DNA of 64,000 bases from Muribaculaceae bacterium (lineage in GTDB: Bacteria > Bacteroidota > Bacteroidia > Bacteroidales > Muribaculaceae), in NCBI GenBank assembly GCA_051878455.1, contig JBJEKD010000047.1, positions 10,993 through 74,992 of the forward strand, given 5' to 3'. Numbering within the stretch: position 1 is the stretch's first letter; every line of letters starts with the position of its first letter. The position numbers and the translations under genes are program-made. Shown in pieces: positions 47,788 through 58,483 of this stretch. The notes below the pieces were generated by a model. That model was given only the letters and a program-made list of their open reading frames with translations. It did no database searches and was not told where the DNA came from.

Positions 47788-49128
47788 TTATTGAAACAAC
47801 AACCTGCTGCCACGCACTTTGTTGTTAACCTCACCATCGCAATAAGCCAACTCGCCATTCACATAGGTTCGTTTAACCGAATAATGCAAATTAACGCCAA
47901 CAAACGGAGTCCATGCGCAGCGCGACACCACATCGGCATCGCTCACAATGTGCCCTTCATCGCTGCAATGCACTATCACCACATCGGCATAATAGCCACT
48001 ACGCAAAAAGCCTCTGCCTGCCACGCGATATAATTTTGCCGGAGCATGGCACATCTTGTCGACCACCTGAGCCGGCGAGAACACGCCATCGCGTGCCATT
48101 TCAAGCATTGCCATGAGCGAATACTGCACCAGAGGCATTCCCGAGGCTGCCTTCAACGCACCGCCTTCTTTTTCGCTCAGCAAGTGCGGAGCATGGTCAG
48201 TTGCGACCACATCAATCCTGCCGTCGACAAGCGCGGCACGCAAAGCATTGCGGTCGGCAACGGTTTTCACCGCCGGGTTGCACTTTATTCGAGTTCCGAG
48301 TGTGGCATAGGCGCTGTTGTCGAACCACAAGTGATGAACACACACCTCGGCAGTTATATTTTTCTGCTCCATCGGCCCGTTGCCGAAGAGCGAAAGTTCT
48401 TTGGCTGTCGACAGGTGAAGCACATGCAAGCGACTGCCAACACGCGAAGCCAATTCCACTGCCCTTGCCGTACATTCATAACATGCTTCGGCACTGCGAA
48501 TGAGCGGATGCAACGCCACGGGAACATCGTCGCCATATTCGGCACGATAACGCTCAACATTAGCACGGATTATGGCTTCATCTTCGCTATGAATGGCAAT
48601 AATGGCACCCACTTCCGAGAACAGCCGTTCAAGCGACGATTTATTGTCGATGAGCATATTGCCGGTTGACGACCCAAGAAATGCCTTAACGCCACACACT
48701 TTGGAATAGTCGACACGCTTCACCTCATCAATATTGTCGTTGGTTGCACCCATATAGAAACTGTAATTGACGTGCGAAGTGGCGGCAGCGCGTTCATATT
48801 TCGCTTCCAATTCATCGAGCGTAATCGTCTGGGGCTTGGTGTTAGGCATATCCATGAACGAAGTCACTCCACCCACAAGTGCAGCACGCGACTCGCTTTC
48901 GATGTCTGCTTTATGAGTCAATCCCGGTTCACGGAAATGCACTTGGTCGTCAATGGCTCCAGGAAGGATATAATCGCCGGCAACGTCAACAAGTTCTTTC
49001 GCACTTGCCATCAGTTGCTCCGACGGTTCGCCTGTTCCCACACAGTTAATCTTATCACCCTCGATGGCAACATAGCCTTTGGCAACCACACCTTCATTCA
49101 CCAGAATGCCATTATATAATAGAATCAT
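47788..49128 (-). CDS. pyrC: Dihydroorotase (amidohydrolase superfamily, long Bacteroidota type).
   Basis: ~446 aa with DDQVHFREPGLTHK, GGVTSFMDMPNTKP, AIHSED and ATDHAPH motifs. The track start is a TTG; I trimmed to ATG (MILLYNG). Confidence 0.85.
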   Translation of the reverse strand: MILLYNGILVNEGVVAKGYVAIEGDKINCVGTGEPSEQLMASAKELVDVAGDYILPGAIDDQVHFREPGLTHKADIESESRAALVGGVTSFMDMPNTKPQTITLDELEAKYERAAATSHVNYSFYMGATNDNIDEVKRVDYSKVCGVKAFLGSSTGNMLIDNKSSLERLFSEVGAIIAIHSEDEAIIRANVERYRAEYGDDVPVALHPLIRSAEACYECTARAVELASRVGSRLHVLHLSTAKELSLFGNGPMEQKNITAEVCVHHLWFDNSAYATLGTRIKCNPAVKTVADRNALRAALVDGRIDVVATDHAPHLLSEKEGGALKAASGMPLVQYSLMAMLEMARDGVFSPAQVVDKMCHAPAKLYRVAGRGFLRSGYYADVVIVHCSDEGHIVSDADVVSRCAWTPFVGVNLHYSVKRTYVNGELAYCDGEVNNKVRGSRLLFQ

Positions 49129-49242
49129 AACTCTTACCAATGCTGTTATTTTGTATAAAAAGGGCTGTCTTAATCCCGACTGTTCAACAGAATTCAGATA
49201 GCCCCTCTCTTATCTTCGATAAAATCCTATCGTCATTAATTC

Positions 49243-49983
49243 TTATTCGTTGCGCTTGAACTTGCCCAAAATAGCACGCATCTTCAGTTTAATCACTCCA
49301 AAAAACGCTTCGCCAAAGATGCTCGTGTTCATTTTGCTCGAGCCAAGCACACGATTTACAAAAATGATTGGCACTTCCTTGATTGTAAAGCCAAGACGAT
49401 AGGCAGTGAATTTCATCTCAATCTGGAAAGCATACCCCTTAAATTCCACCTCATCGAGGCGAATAGCTTGCAACACACGGCGGCTGTAGCACACAAAACC
49501 GGCTGTGGTGTCGCGCACGTTCATACCGGTGATTATTCTCACATAAGCCGAGGCATAATACGACATCAGCACACGGCCCATAGGCCAATTCACCACATTC
49601 ACTCCACTGATGTAGCGCGAACCAACCGACATATCGGCTCCTTGAACGGCACACGCTTCATAAAGCGGCACCAAGTCCTCGGGGCGATGCGAGAAGTCGG
49701 CATCCATTTCGATGACATAATCGTAGTTATGCTCAAGCGCCCATTTAAAGCCGGCTATATATGCCGTGCCAAGCCCTTGCTTGCCCGGGCGTTTTAACAA
49801 GTTGATTCGTCCAGGAATCTCTGCAATCATCCCCTCAACAATCGCTGCCGTACCGTCGGGCGAATTGTCGTCAATCACCAGGACATCGAACTGATGCTCT
49901 CTACCGAGCACAGCACGAATGATGTTGCTTATATTCTCTTTCTCATTGTAGGTGGGTATGATTACCACGCTATCGCTTTTCAT
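49243..49983 (-). CDS. Polyprenol-phosphate mannosyltransferase-like GT2 glycosyltransferase.
   Basis: 246 aa with VIIPTYNEKENI, VIDDNSPDGT and MDADFSH (DxD) motifs. Confidence 0.85.
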   Translation of the reverse strand: MKSDSVVIIPTYNEKENISNIIRAVLGREHQFDVLVIDDNSPDGTAAIVEGMIAEIPGRINLLKRPGKQGLGTAYIAGFKWALEHNYDYVIEMDADFSHRPEDLVPLYEACAVQGADMSVGSRYISGVNVVNWPMGRVLMSYYASAYVRIITGMNVRDTTAGFVCYSRRVLQAIRLDEVEFKGYAFQIEMKFTAYRLGFTIKEVPIIFVNRVLGSSKMNTSIFGEAFFGVIKLKMRAILGKFKRNE

Positions 49984-50133
49984 AGACCAATTATTGTAAT
50001 TTAAACTAATACAATAACAAAATTACTAATTATTTCGTTCTCTTTAGGCAACTTTGGTAATATTACTTGCTATTTAGCGTGTTTTTTTTGATTTGAATGG
50101 TAACATCGGGCATTTTCTTTCGATGATAATTGC

Positions 50134-50141
50134 TAACTTTG
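50134..50141 (+). promoter_or_regulatory. -7 box TAacTTTG for the ABC ATPase gene.
   Basis: taactttg lies 54 nt upstream of ATG 50195. Confidence 0.4.
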
Positions 50142-50194
50142 CCCCTGCAAAACAAGGTAAAAAAGATTTTTTCCAAATTATTATTTAGTTAGCA

Positions 50195-51646
50195 ATGAAT
50201 CATACATCCATGCCACTGCTTCAAGCCGTGAGCCCCACGCTGAAATATATGGGCGGCATCACCCTGCAAAACCCACATTCATTAACCATCGAAAGCGGCA
50301 AGGTTTACACCGTGATTGGCAGCAACGGCTGCGGAAAAACCACTCTTGCTAACATCATCGAAAACGGCTGGAACTTCACCACCAACCGCATCCTCGGCGA
50401 CAAGAAAAGCCTCGAAATCAAAAGCATTGAGTTTTCCGACATTCATGCTCTTACAGGTTTCTCGGGGGCTTATTATCAACAGCGTTTCGAGAGCATGGCT
50501 AACGACGACATTCCCACCGTGCGCCAACTCATTGAGGGACGCATCAGCATCGACGTTTGGAACGACTTGTGCCAAAGGCTGCACGCCGGCGACATCATCG
50601 ACAAGCACATCAATTTCCTCTCGAGCGGCGAATTGCGCAAGTTCCTGATTATGAATATGCTCACATTGCGCCCCGACATTCTAATTATCGACAATCCTTA
50701 TATCGGTCTTGACGAACAAAGCCGGCTTTTGTTCGACGAATTGCTGCAAAACATTGTTGCCGAAGGCACAACAATAATGCTATTGCTATGCGACCCGGCT
50801 CACATTCCACCATTCACCGAACGCATAATTCCTATGCAGCACTTGCAAATAGGCGAAACAATCGAGGTCGACAGCAACAATTTCAACAAGGTTGTAGAGC
50901 AATGCCAAAGCCTTTTTGAGCACCGTCAGTTGCCCGAACTGCCAAAATGGGAAGTTGACAGCGAAACGCAATTCACCACAGCCTTCAGCCTCAACCACTG
51001 CAATGTGATGTACGGACGGCACATCATCCTAAACGATGTATGCTGGAGCGTAAAATCAGGCGAAAAATGGGCTTTGTTAGGCGAAAACGGCAGCGGCAAA
51101 TCCACGCTTCTCAGCCTGGTGTGTGCCGACAATCCACAGGGCTACTGCAACAACATCAGCATATTCGACCACACACGCGGAACAGGCGAAAGCATTTGGG
51201 ACATTAAACGCAACATCAGTTACATTTCGCCGGAGATGCACCTCTATTTTCGCGGCAACCGCAAAGTGCTCGAAGTGGTGGCAAGCGGACTGCACGACGT
51301 GAGAGGGCTATATGTTCACGCCACGCCGCAGCAATGCCAACAGGCAGTGGAATGGCTTAAAATCTTCGGCATCGAACATCTTTCCGAGCAGCGCTTCAGC
51401 ACCCTGTCGAGTGGCGAACAGCGCCTTGTGCTGCTTGCCCGCACTCTGCTCAAACCGGCTCCGCTGCTCATTCTTGACGAACCGTTGCACGGACTCGACG
51501 TGAGCATGAAGCGGTTTGCAAGCCAAGTGATTCAGCACATAACTGCCACTGAAGGTGTCACGCTGGTGTATGTAACTCACTATCGTGGCGAAATTCCACC
51601 AACGGTGCAGCACACCTTCACACTATCGAAATATCGAACCGTATAA
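50195..51646 (+). CDS. Tandem-domain ABC ATPase without an adjacent permease (ModF-like).
   Basis: 483 aa with two Walker A motifs (GSNGCGKTT, GENGSGKST), two signature motifs (LSSGE x2), and Walker B motifs ILIIDNP and LLILDEP. Confidence 0.85.
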   Translation: MNHTSMPLLQAVSPTLKYMGGITLQNPHSLTIESGKVYTVIGSNGCGKTTLANIIENGWNFTTNRILGDKKSLEIKSIEFSDIHALTGFSGAYYQQRFESMANDDIPTVRQLIEGRISIDVWNDLCQRLHAGDIIDKHINFLSSGELRKFLIMNMLTLRPDILIIDNPYIGLDEQSRLLFDELLQNIVAEGTTIMLLLCDPAHIPPFTERIIPMQHLQIGETIEVDSNNFNKVVEQCQSLFEHRQLPELPKWEVDSETQFTTAFSLNHCNVMYGRHIILNDVCWSVKSGEKWALLGENGSGKSTLLSLVCADNPQGYCNNISIFDHTRGTGESIWDIKRNISYISPEMHLYFRGNRKVLEVVASGLHDVRGLYVHATPQQCQQAVEWLKIFGIEHLSEQRFSTLSSGEQRLVLLARTLLKPAPLLILDEPLHGLDVSMKRFASQVIQHITATEGVTLVYVTHYRGEIPPTVQHTFTLSKYRTV

Positions 51647-51654
51647 GAAGATAA

Positions 51655-52644
51655 TCACCTTATCTTCAACGTGTTTCCATCGTCAACAAGTTCAAACATA
51701 CGAGCACGCTCGGCACCCGACGGCGTGTTGGGTCCGTGCAGCACTATGTAGAGTTTGCCCTCGAAACTGCGGAAAATCATACCGTGACCGCCATCGGCAC
51801 TGAACAGCATGTCGGGCTGCTGAATCCACGGCCCGGTAATTCTGCCAGTAACCGACTCGGCAATGCCCACGGCATAATCGCTGTTATGGAAACTCGACCA
51901 AATCATCAGCAGTTTACCCGTTTTGGTGATGTAGAGGAAACATCCGTCGGTGACAAACGAGTCGGGCGCACCGTCTTTGTGCTTTGTGCCCGTGCTCCAT
52001 TTAGCACTCGAAGCATTAAACAAGCGTATCGGCGTGCCGTCGATGCCACTCAAATCCGACTTCATCTTCACCACATTCATAGCCCCGTCGGCAAGTTGCA
52101 CCCATTCATGGCAATAAACCATATATGGCACTCCATCCTCAACATAGAGCGTGCCATCAAGCGCCATTTGGTCGATGGGCGTGGTTGGCATTAGAGAAAA
52201 TGGCATAAACGGACCTTCGGGACTGTCAGAACAGAACACCTGCACGCCACGGAACGTGTATGCCGGCCAATCTGCCATGCGTTTCTTCCATTCAATATTG
52301 CTGTTAAGCGTGGCAAACAAATAGTATTTGCCATGATATTTATGCACCTCGGGCGCCCACACCTTGCCGGTTATCCAGTTGTCGGTGGGCACCGTGAACA
52401 CGGTGTACGGACCAGTCCATTTTTTCAAATCCTTACTTTTGAAACATTCCACGCCACCCACTTTTCCTTTGTCGGTGGTCTGCATTGCGCTACGATAAAG
52501 GTAATATACACCCGATGCCGAGTCGGGCAGGATGTACGGGTCGCGAATATGAATGTCGGCAATATCGTATTCTCTTACATCTTGAGCAGAAGCATTAATC
52601 AAGCAGCATAACGCCATCACTGCTGCATAAAACAATCGTTTCAT
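51655..52644 (-). CDS. Glycoside hydrolase family 43, secreted.
   Basis: 329 aa with a signal peptide and the motifs IRDPYILPD, VWAPEVHKYHGKYYLF and the five-bladed propeller acid residues (..DG.LY.. , ..E..). Confidence 0.8.
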   Translation of the reverse strand: MKRLFYAAVMALCCLINASAQDVREYDIADIHIRDPYILPDSASGVYYLYRSAMQTTDKGKVGGVECFKSKDLKKWTGPYTVFTVPTDNWITGKVWAPEVHKYHGKYYLFATLNSNIEWKKRMADWPAYTFRGVQVFCSDSPEGPFMPFSLMPTTPIDQMALDGTLYVEDGVPYMVYCHEWVQLADGAMNVVKMKSDLSGIDGTPIRLFNASSAKWSTGTKHKDGAPDSFVTDGCFLYITKTGKLLMIWSSFHNSDYAVGIAESVTGRITGPWIQQPDMLFSADGGHGMIFRSFEGKLYIVLHGPNTPSGAERARMFELVDDGNTLKIR

Positions 52645-52675
52645 TGGTATATCTGAAGTGTTATTAATTAATTGG

Positions 52676-55171
52676 CTATTTTATCATCAAACGGGTGGTG
52701 ACGCTCGTCTTGCCCAGATAGTAGGCTTTTGCCTTAATCTGTTTCACATCGTCGGGCACAGCCACCGGTGCAGTCCACAGCGGCGACTGCTCGGTTGGTT
52801 CCGCGCCGTCGAACGTGTAACGCACTTCCACTCCCGAGAATGGCGTGTTCACCTTCAACATTCCGTTTTCAACCACGGCACCGGGCTGAGCGAGATGGAA
52901 ACTTGCGCCCACTCGATTCAGATGCGGCAATTCGCGCCTGCCGATGCGCATACTATAGGCTGCGCGGTCGGCGAGATACTTCTCATTGTTGAGCGAACCT
53001 TCACCCCACTCGGGCGAAGCATTCCACGAACGCTCTACAAGTCCGAATATCTTTGGGAAAACGTATTCCTGAACCATACCGTAATCTCGAATAGTTTCTG
53101 CCCATAATTGTGCCTGAAGCCCCAAAATGCAATCTTTGCGCAAAATGTCGGGTTTCCCTTGAGCAGCCTTGTCGAGATTCACCTCATTGCCATTATAGGT
53201 GGTTCGCACCGAGCGATAGATGTTGAAAGGCAAAGTTTCAAAACTGGTTATTTCGTCAACGCAGCCACCCCAAGTCAATCCGTTTTCATATTCGTGCATA
53301 CGATACACCATATCAAGATAGAGGTTGCCCACATTCGACAATATCACCGGCACTCCGCGGTTGGCAAGCGAATAGGCTATTGTGTCACGCGAACCGATTG
53401 TGCTCCACACATTCACCCCGGCAAGCCTCGGGTTCACCTTTGCATTATATTCATCGCTGTGTCCGGTCGACACTTCCTGCCAGCCTTCCACCTTAATGCC
53501 TTGCTCTGCAAGCCACTTTGATATGGTTACGAAATAATGTTCTGCCACATCGCGTTCGTTCTTGAACCCGTTCTCTTTCATCAGTTGCTTCACCTTCGGC
53601 GAATTGTCCCAACAGCCTTTAGCCACTTCATCGCCGCCAAGATGCACCACATCGAGGCGCAGACCGGCTTCGGCATACATTTTCTGCATTTCTCTCACCA
53701 CCTTCATTATCAGTTGATATGTGCCTGGCTCTGCCACGTTCAACACATTATCACCAAACCCTTGCGCCGACTCGTAGCGACCCTTGTCGTCGAGGTCGTA
53801 GCAGCGATAGTAATTAGCCTTTTGAGCATCGGTGTCGATGTATTTCTTATAACGGTAGCGCATAGCCACAATGGCTGCACGCGCATGGCCCGGAGTTTCA
53901 ATTTCAGGAATGATTTTCACGCCACGTTCGTGGGCATACTTCAGCATTTCCACAAACTGGCTGCGAGTGATAAAGCCGTTGGCAGGAGCCTTGCCGTCGT
54001 CGGGGTTGCCGCTTCCGGCATAGGTTTGCATCATAAATCCGGCTTCGTAGTCGTTGAGTGTATAGCCTTTGCGCGCACCCACCTCGGTGAGTTCGGGCAG
54101 TCCGGGGATTTCCAAGCGCCAAGCCTCATCGTCGCAAAAATGCAGTTGAAGCACGTTCACCTTATATTCTGCCAGACGGTCGATAAAGTCGAGCAAATCG
54201 GCATACGGCGTGAAATTTCTGCTTATATCAAGCATCATTCCACGATAGTGAAAATCGGGATAATCAACCACTCGGGCACAACTGATTTGCTTACAGTTCA
54301 TGAATTCGAGCACCGACGAAAGGGTCTTCACGCCATTAAGCACAGCCTCAGCCGATTGTCCGGTTATGCCGATGCCTTTCTTGCCTACTTCAAGCACATA
54401 ATATTCGCGATTATCGCTGATGGCAGGTTCAAGGTCGAGCGTAATCTTGAATTTTGCCTTAGCCTCATCGCTCACGCCGAGGCGCTGCAACTGGCGTAAC
54501 AAATAGTTTTTTGCATTGGTCAGATAAACCGACTTGCTCACCACTGCCACCTCGCTCGGCACATCAATGCGTTCGCCTTTGGCATTGAGGGTGATTTCTT
54601 TTGGCATAGGCATAACCGCAAATTCGCTTACGTCGCAATCCTGATTATCGGGGTTCGACATCGCATTTTGTTTGTACACGTAATTACCGTCGGCATAATT
54701 CTGGAAACGGCTAACGCTGAACTGATTGTAATTTTCAAGCGGAGCCACATCAACCTTCACTGCCACAGCCTTTCCACCCGGTTCTGCCACGAAGTGCATA
54801 CCGTCGGGCTTGTCGCTGATGTTGCGGAAACTTCCTCCGCTAACCACCGTCACCGTCAATTCCTCGCCCGGTTTGAGCGGTTTGTAACTTTCGTTCGGGC
54901 TTAAGCAAACATAGTTAAAGTTCACCACCGGCTTCAAATCGAGCGGCTGACCGTCAGCCATCTTTATGGTGTTAGAAAACTTGTTGTAGTAGAGTGCCCA
55001 ACCGCCGTCAAGCGTTTCGCCACTTATGTTTTTTATGGTGATGTACGCCGTGAACGTGCGAGCCTGATTCTCACCGACCCGCCACTTCACACTCACCGGG
55101 CACTGCTGTGCCCACATAGCAACAGCCATCATTGCCATTGCTGCCATAGCCAAAATTCTTTTAGTTCTCAT
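52676..55171 (-). CDS. Beta-N-acetylhexosaminidase, GH20, with N- and C-terminal accessory domains.
   Basis: I trimmed to MRTKRILAMAAMAMMAVAMWAQQ (signal peptide). It carries RGMMLDISRNF, ETPGHARAA and the catalytic HLGGDEV motif. Confidence 0.9.
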   Translation of the reverse strand: MRTKRILAMAAMAMMAVAMWAQQCPVSVKWRVGENQARTFTAYITIKNISGETLDGGWALYYNKFSNTIKMADGQPLDLKPVVNFNYVCLSPNESYKPLKPGEELTVTVVSGGSFRNISDKPDGMHFVAEPGGKAVAVKVDVAPLENYNQFSVSRFQNYADGNYVYKQNAMSNPDNQDCDVSEFAVMPMPKEITLNAKGERIDVPSEVAVVSKSVYLTNAKNYLLRQLQRLGVSDEAKAKFKITLDLEPAISDNREYYVLEVGKKGIGITGQSAEAVLNGVKTLSSVLEFMNCKQISCARVVDYPDFHYRGMMLDISRNFTPYADLLDFIDRLAEYKVNVLQLHFCDDEAWRLEIPGLPELTEVGARKGYTLNDYEAGFMMQTYAGSGNPDDGKAPANGFITRSQFVEMLKYAHERGVKIIPEIETPGHARAAIVAMRYRYKKYIDTDAQKANYYRCYDLDDKGRYESAQGFGDNVLNVAEPGTYQLIMKVVREMQKMYAEAGLRLDVVHLGGDEVAKGCWDNSPKVKQLMKENGFKNERDVAEHYFVTISKWLAEQGIKVEGWQEVSTGHSDEYNAKVNPRLAGVNVWSTIGSRDTIAYSLANRGVPVILSNVGNLYLDMVYRMHEYENGLTWGGCVDEITSFETLPFNIYRSVRTTYNGNEVNLDKAAQGKPDILRKDCILGLQAQLWAETIRDYGMVQEYVFPKIFGLVERSWNASPEWGEGSLNNEKYLADRAAYSMRIGRRELPHLNRVGASFHLAQPGAVVENGMLKVNTPFSGVEVRYTFDGAEPTEQSPLWTAPVAVPDDVKQIKAKAYYLGKTSVTTRLMIK

Positions 55172-55347
55172 ATCGGTTTTTTGTAGTGGTTTATCATTCC
55201 AACACAAAATTACTAAACCGCCTCGAATATTCGTGCAAAAAAACATCGTTGTTTCCACACAATTTTTTGTGTAAGCAGCGGTTTTGGTGTTCAACTTGCC
55301 CAAATTATTAGTATTTTTGCTAAAAATATCATGCAAACGTATCAATT

Positions 55348-57864
55348 ATGAAAACTATATCCTTTTTGCTGCAACTGGCAATGATTGCCATTATTCCATT
55401 TAGTAGCGCTCGTGCAAACACCGCTCTGCCCGAAGCCGGCGTGCCCAAGCAACTGGCGGTTGAACGAAAGGCTGCAATCAGCAATCTGCACTACGACATT
55501 GCGCTCGACATTCCTTCGCAGCGCGCTGCCGACATCAACGGCAACATAACCATCGCTTTTGCCCTAACACAGAAACAAGATGTTGTGCTCGACTTCCGCG
55601 AAGATGCCAAGCACATCTCATCGTGCAAAGTGAACGGCAAAACCATCACGCCAAACATCGTTAACGAACACATTGTAATCCCTGCCAATGTCACTAAAAA
55701 AGGGAAAAACAACATAGCTATCACTTTCGTTTGCGGCAACCAGTCGCTCAACCGCAACGACGACTATCTCTACACGCTCTTTGTGCCCGACCGTGCACGC
55801 ACAGCGTTTCCTTGCTTCGACCAACCCGACATGAAAGCATCGTTCACGTTGTCGCTCACCGTACCCGAGGCTTGGGAGGCGGTGTCGAACACGCCCGTAG
55901 CAAACACAAAAACCAAGTCGGGACGGAAAACCATACGTTTTGCTCCCACCGAGCCGTTGAGCACCTATTTGTTTGCTTTTGCTGCCGGCGAGTTTAAGCA
56001 CATCGAATATCCCGACGGCGACCGAACTATTGGCGCTTATTACCGCGAAACCGACCCCGAACGTATTCGCCAACTGAACGACATCTTCAAGCAAGTGGCT
56101 TACTCGCTGCATTGGATGGAGGAATACACCGGCATTAACTATCCGTTTGCGAAATACGAGTTTGTGGTGCTTCCGGGATTTCAATTCGGAGGAATGGAAC
56201 ACACCGGCGCCACGTTCTACAACGACAACACATTGTTTCTGCCTCAAAATCCTACCCCCGACGAGGAGTTGGCGCGTGCGTCGCTCATCGCACACGAAAC
56301 CGCTCACATGTGGTTTGGCGATTATGTTACTATGCCGTGGTTCTCTGACGTGTGGATTAAAGAGGTTTTTGCCAACTATTTTGCTGCACAAATCACAGCG
56401 CCTCAATTCCCCGACATCGACCATAACTTGAATTGGGTGAAAGGATATGTGCAGGCTGCCATGAGCGAGGACCGCACCCAAGGCGGCACCGCCATACAGC
56501 AGGACCTCGACAATCTGGCAAACGCAGGACTGATTTACAACAACATTATCTACAACAAAGCACCTGTGATGATGCGCGGAATGGTGCAGATGATGGGTGA
56601 AGATGCTTTCCGCAACGGGCTGCGTGAATACCTTACCGAAAATGCTTATGGCAACGCCTCATGGGCTGACCTGATTGACATCCTTGCAAAACACACCGAC
56701 AAACCCATTGAACAATTCAGCGACGTGTGGGTGAACCGTCGCGGCATGCCCACCATTGAAATGCGTGTTGACGGCAACATATTCACAGCCACACAGCATG
56801 ACCCGCTTGCCCGAGGCACAATTTGGCATCAGACGTTCACCGCATGCCTCGCAAACGGTGCTGCAACTAAACAGTTCGACATCACTTTCGGTGCCGACAG
56901 CGTGTTCACTGCCACTCTGCCCGACAGTGGCGACTGGCATATCGTGCCTAACATCGACGGAAAAGGTTACGGATTCTTCACCTCTACGCCCGACGAACTC
57001 AAGTATTGGCTGAACAACTGGCAGAGCCAGCAAGGTGCCACACGCCAATCAACATTGGTGGCGTTGCACGAGAACTGGCTAAATAAGAAAATCAACACCG
57101 AAGAATGGCTCGAAAACCTGTTTAACAGCATCGAGAAAGAAACCAACCCTCTCACTGCTTCTACATTATTCTCCTACATCGACGCTCCGCTATGGGAAAT
57201 CGATTCGGTTGCACGCATCGTTGCAGAATGTAGAATTATCGACCTTTACATCAATGCCCCTATACCTTCAACCGAGCAAAATGCCTATCGGCTTATGGCT
57301 CGTTGTGCCATCACCGAAGAGGCTGTGGGCGAAATCTATTATGCGTGGAAAGTGGGACGCCGAACATTCCTCAACGATAACGACTACACCAACATCGCTT
57401 ATCAACTGATGCATACAAGCCCCGATATGAGCGACGAGGTGTTTATGACTCAACGCTACAGGATTAACAACCCCGACCGCGTGCGTCGTTTCGACTTCAT
57501 CAGCCGCGCCACTATCAACGACGTGACTTATCTCGACAACCTGTTCAATTCGCTGCTGAAGCCCGAGAACCGCCGAATTGAGCCGTGGACAGCCAGCGTG
57601 ATGAGTATGCTAAACTACCCTACCCGCGAGCAGCAATCGGTGAAGTATATTCGCCCTGCACTCGAAGCATTGCAAGATGTGCAACGCACCGGCGACATCT
57701 TCTTCCCGGCTCGTTGGTGCTCTGCGCTGCTGTCGAATCACCGCAGCCCCGAGGCTTACCGCGAAGTAAAGCAATTCCTTGCCGACCATCCCGACTATCC
57801 GCCGCTGCTGCGCAACAAGATTCTTAACGCGGCATATATGCTATACCGCGCCAACGGAGAGTAA
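55348..57864 (+). CDS. M1 family metallopeptidase (aminopeptidase N-like), secreted.
   Basis: 838 aa with a signal peptide, a GAMEN-like GGMEHTG motif, the zinc motif HETAHMWFGD, and a downstream E in WIKEVFANY. Confidence 0.9.
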   Translation: MKTISFLLQLAMIAIIPFSSARANTALPEAGVPKQLAVERKAAISNLHYDIALDIPSQRAADINGNITIAFALTQKQDVVLDFREDAKHISSCKVNGKTITPNIVNEHIVIPANVTKKGKNNIAITFVCGNQSLNRNDDYLYTLFVPDRARTAFPCFDQPDMKASFTLSLTVPEAWEAVSNTPVANTKTKSGRKTIRFAPTEPLSTYLFAFAAGEFKHIEYPDGDRTIGAYYRETDPERIRQLNDIFKQVAYSLHWMEEYTGINYPFAKYEFVVLPGFQFGGMEHTGATFYNDNTLFLPQNPTPDEELARASLIAHETAHMWFGDYVTMPWFSDVWIKEVFANYFAAQITAPQFPDIDHNLNWVKGYVQAAMSEDRTQGGTAIQQDLDNLANAGLIYNNIIYNKAPVMMRGMVQMMGEDAFRNGLREYLTENAYGNASWADLIDILAKHTDKPIEQFSDVWVNRRGMPTIEMRVDGNIFTATQHDPLARGTIWHQTFTACLANGAATKQFDITFGADSVFTATLPDSGDWHIVPNIDGKGYGFFTSTPDELKYWLNNWQSQQGATRQSTLVALHENWLNKKINTEEWLENLFNSIEKETNPLTASTLFSYIDAPLWEIDSVARIVAECRIIDLYINAPIPSTEQNAYRLMARCAITEEAVGEIYYAWKVGRRTFLNDNDYTNIAYQLMHTSPDMSDEVFMTQRYRINNPDRVRRFDFISRATINDVTYLDNLFNSLLKPENRRIEPWTASVMSMLNYPTREQQSVKYIRPALEALQDVQRTGDIFFPARWCSALLSNHRSPEAYREVKQFLADHPDYPPLLRNKILNAAYMLYRANGE

Positions 57865-57879
57865 TCAATGTAATTGCTA

Positions 57880-57908
57880 TTGGCTGCCCAGGATTTTCAC
57901 GCAGCCAA
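57880..57908. terminator. Hairpin between convergent genes (possible terminator).
   Basis: 8-bp inverted repeat ttggctgc / gcagccaa with a 13-nt loop and no clear U-tract. Confidence 0.35.
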
Positions 57909-57927
57909 CTCACTTGCGAGGCTACGA

Positions 57928-58440
57928 TTATTGTTCGGCGAGAATATCGTCGAGCAGGGCTTCGCAAGCATCTTCGAGCAAATCGAGCACCAGTTCAAAG
58001 CCCTCGGCACCCTCGTAATATGGGTCGGGCACATAATCGTAGTGCGGAAAGCGACGAATGTATTTTCCCATCATCACAATCTTGCGCGATTCCTCAACCG
58101 TAGCCGCCATCTGCGTGAGTGTGCGGCGGTTGCCTTCGTCCATTGCAACAATATAGTCGAAATCTTCAAAATCAGCACTGGTGATGCGTCGAGCACGATG
58201 CGTGAGGTCGTAACCGCGCTTGGCTGCATGCCTGCGCATACGATAGTCGGGCAAATCGCCGGCATGACCGCCATAAGTGCCCGCCGAATCAAGATAGAAC
58301 CGATTGCCCAGATTGCGCTCGTCAACCATACGCTGCAGCACACCTTGAGCAGCCGGCGACCGGCAAATATTGCCGAGGCATACCATCAACACCTTTATTG
58401 GTTTTTGTTCAATTTCTCCGGTATATTTTTTCTCACGCAT
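57928..58440 (-). CDS. Low-molecular-weight protein-tyrosine phosphatase.
   Basis: 170 aa with the active-site loop VCLGNICRSP (CX5R-S) and a downstream DP motif (VPDPYY). Confidence 0.9.
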   Translation of the reverse strand: MREKKYTGEIEQKPIKVLMVCLGNICRSPAAQGVLQRMVDERNLGNRFYLDSAGTYGGHAGDLPDYRMRRHAAKRGYDLTHRARRITSADFEDFDYIVAMDEGNRRTLTQMAATVEESRKIVMMGKYIRRFPHYDYVPDPYYEGAEGFELVLDLLEDACEALLDDILAEQ

Positions 58441-58483
58441 AATTCATTATTCAAAAAAGGATTGATAAAAAAGGCTGCACTTT

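Noticed and set aside
53537-54499. 320-aa plus-strand ORF, and a similar one at 53108..53521.
   Set aside because: Both are antisense to the GH20 hexosaminidase gene, where the catalytic HLGGDEV motif lies on the minus strand. They are shadow ORFs.
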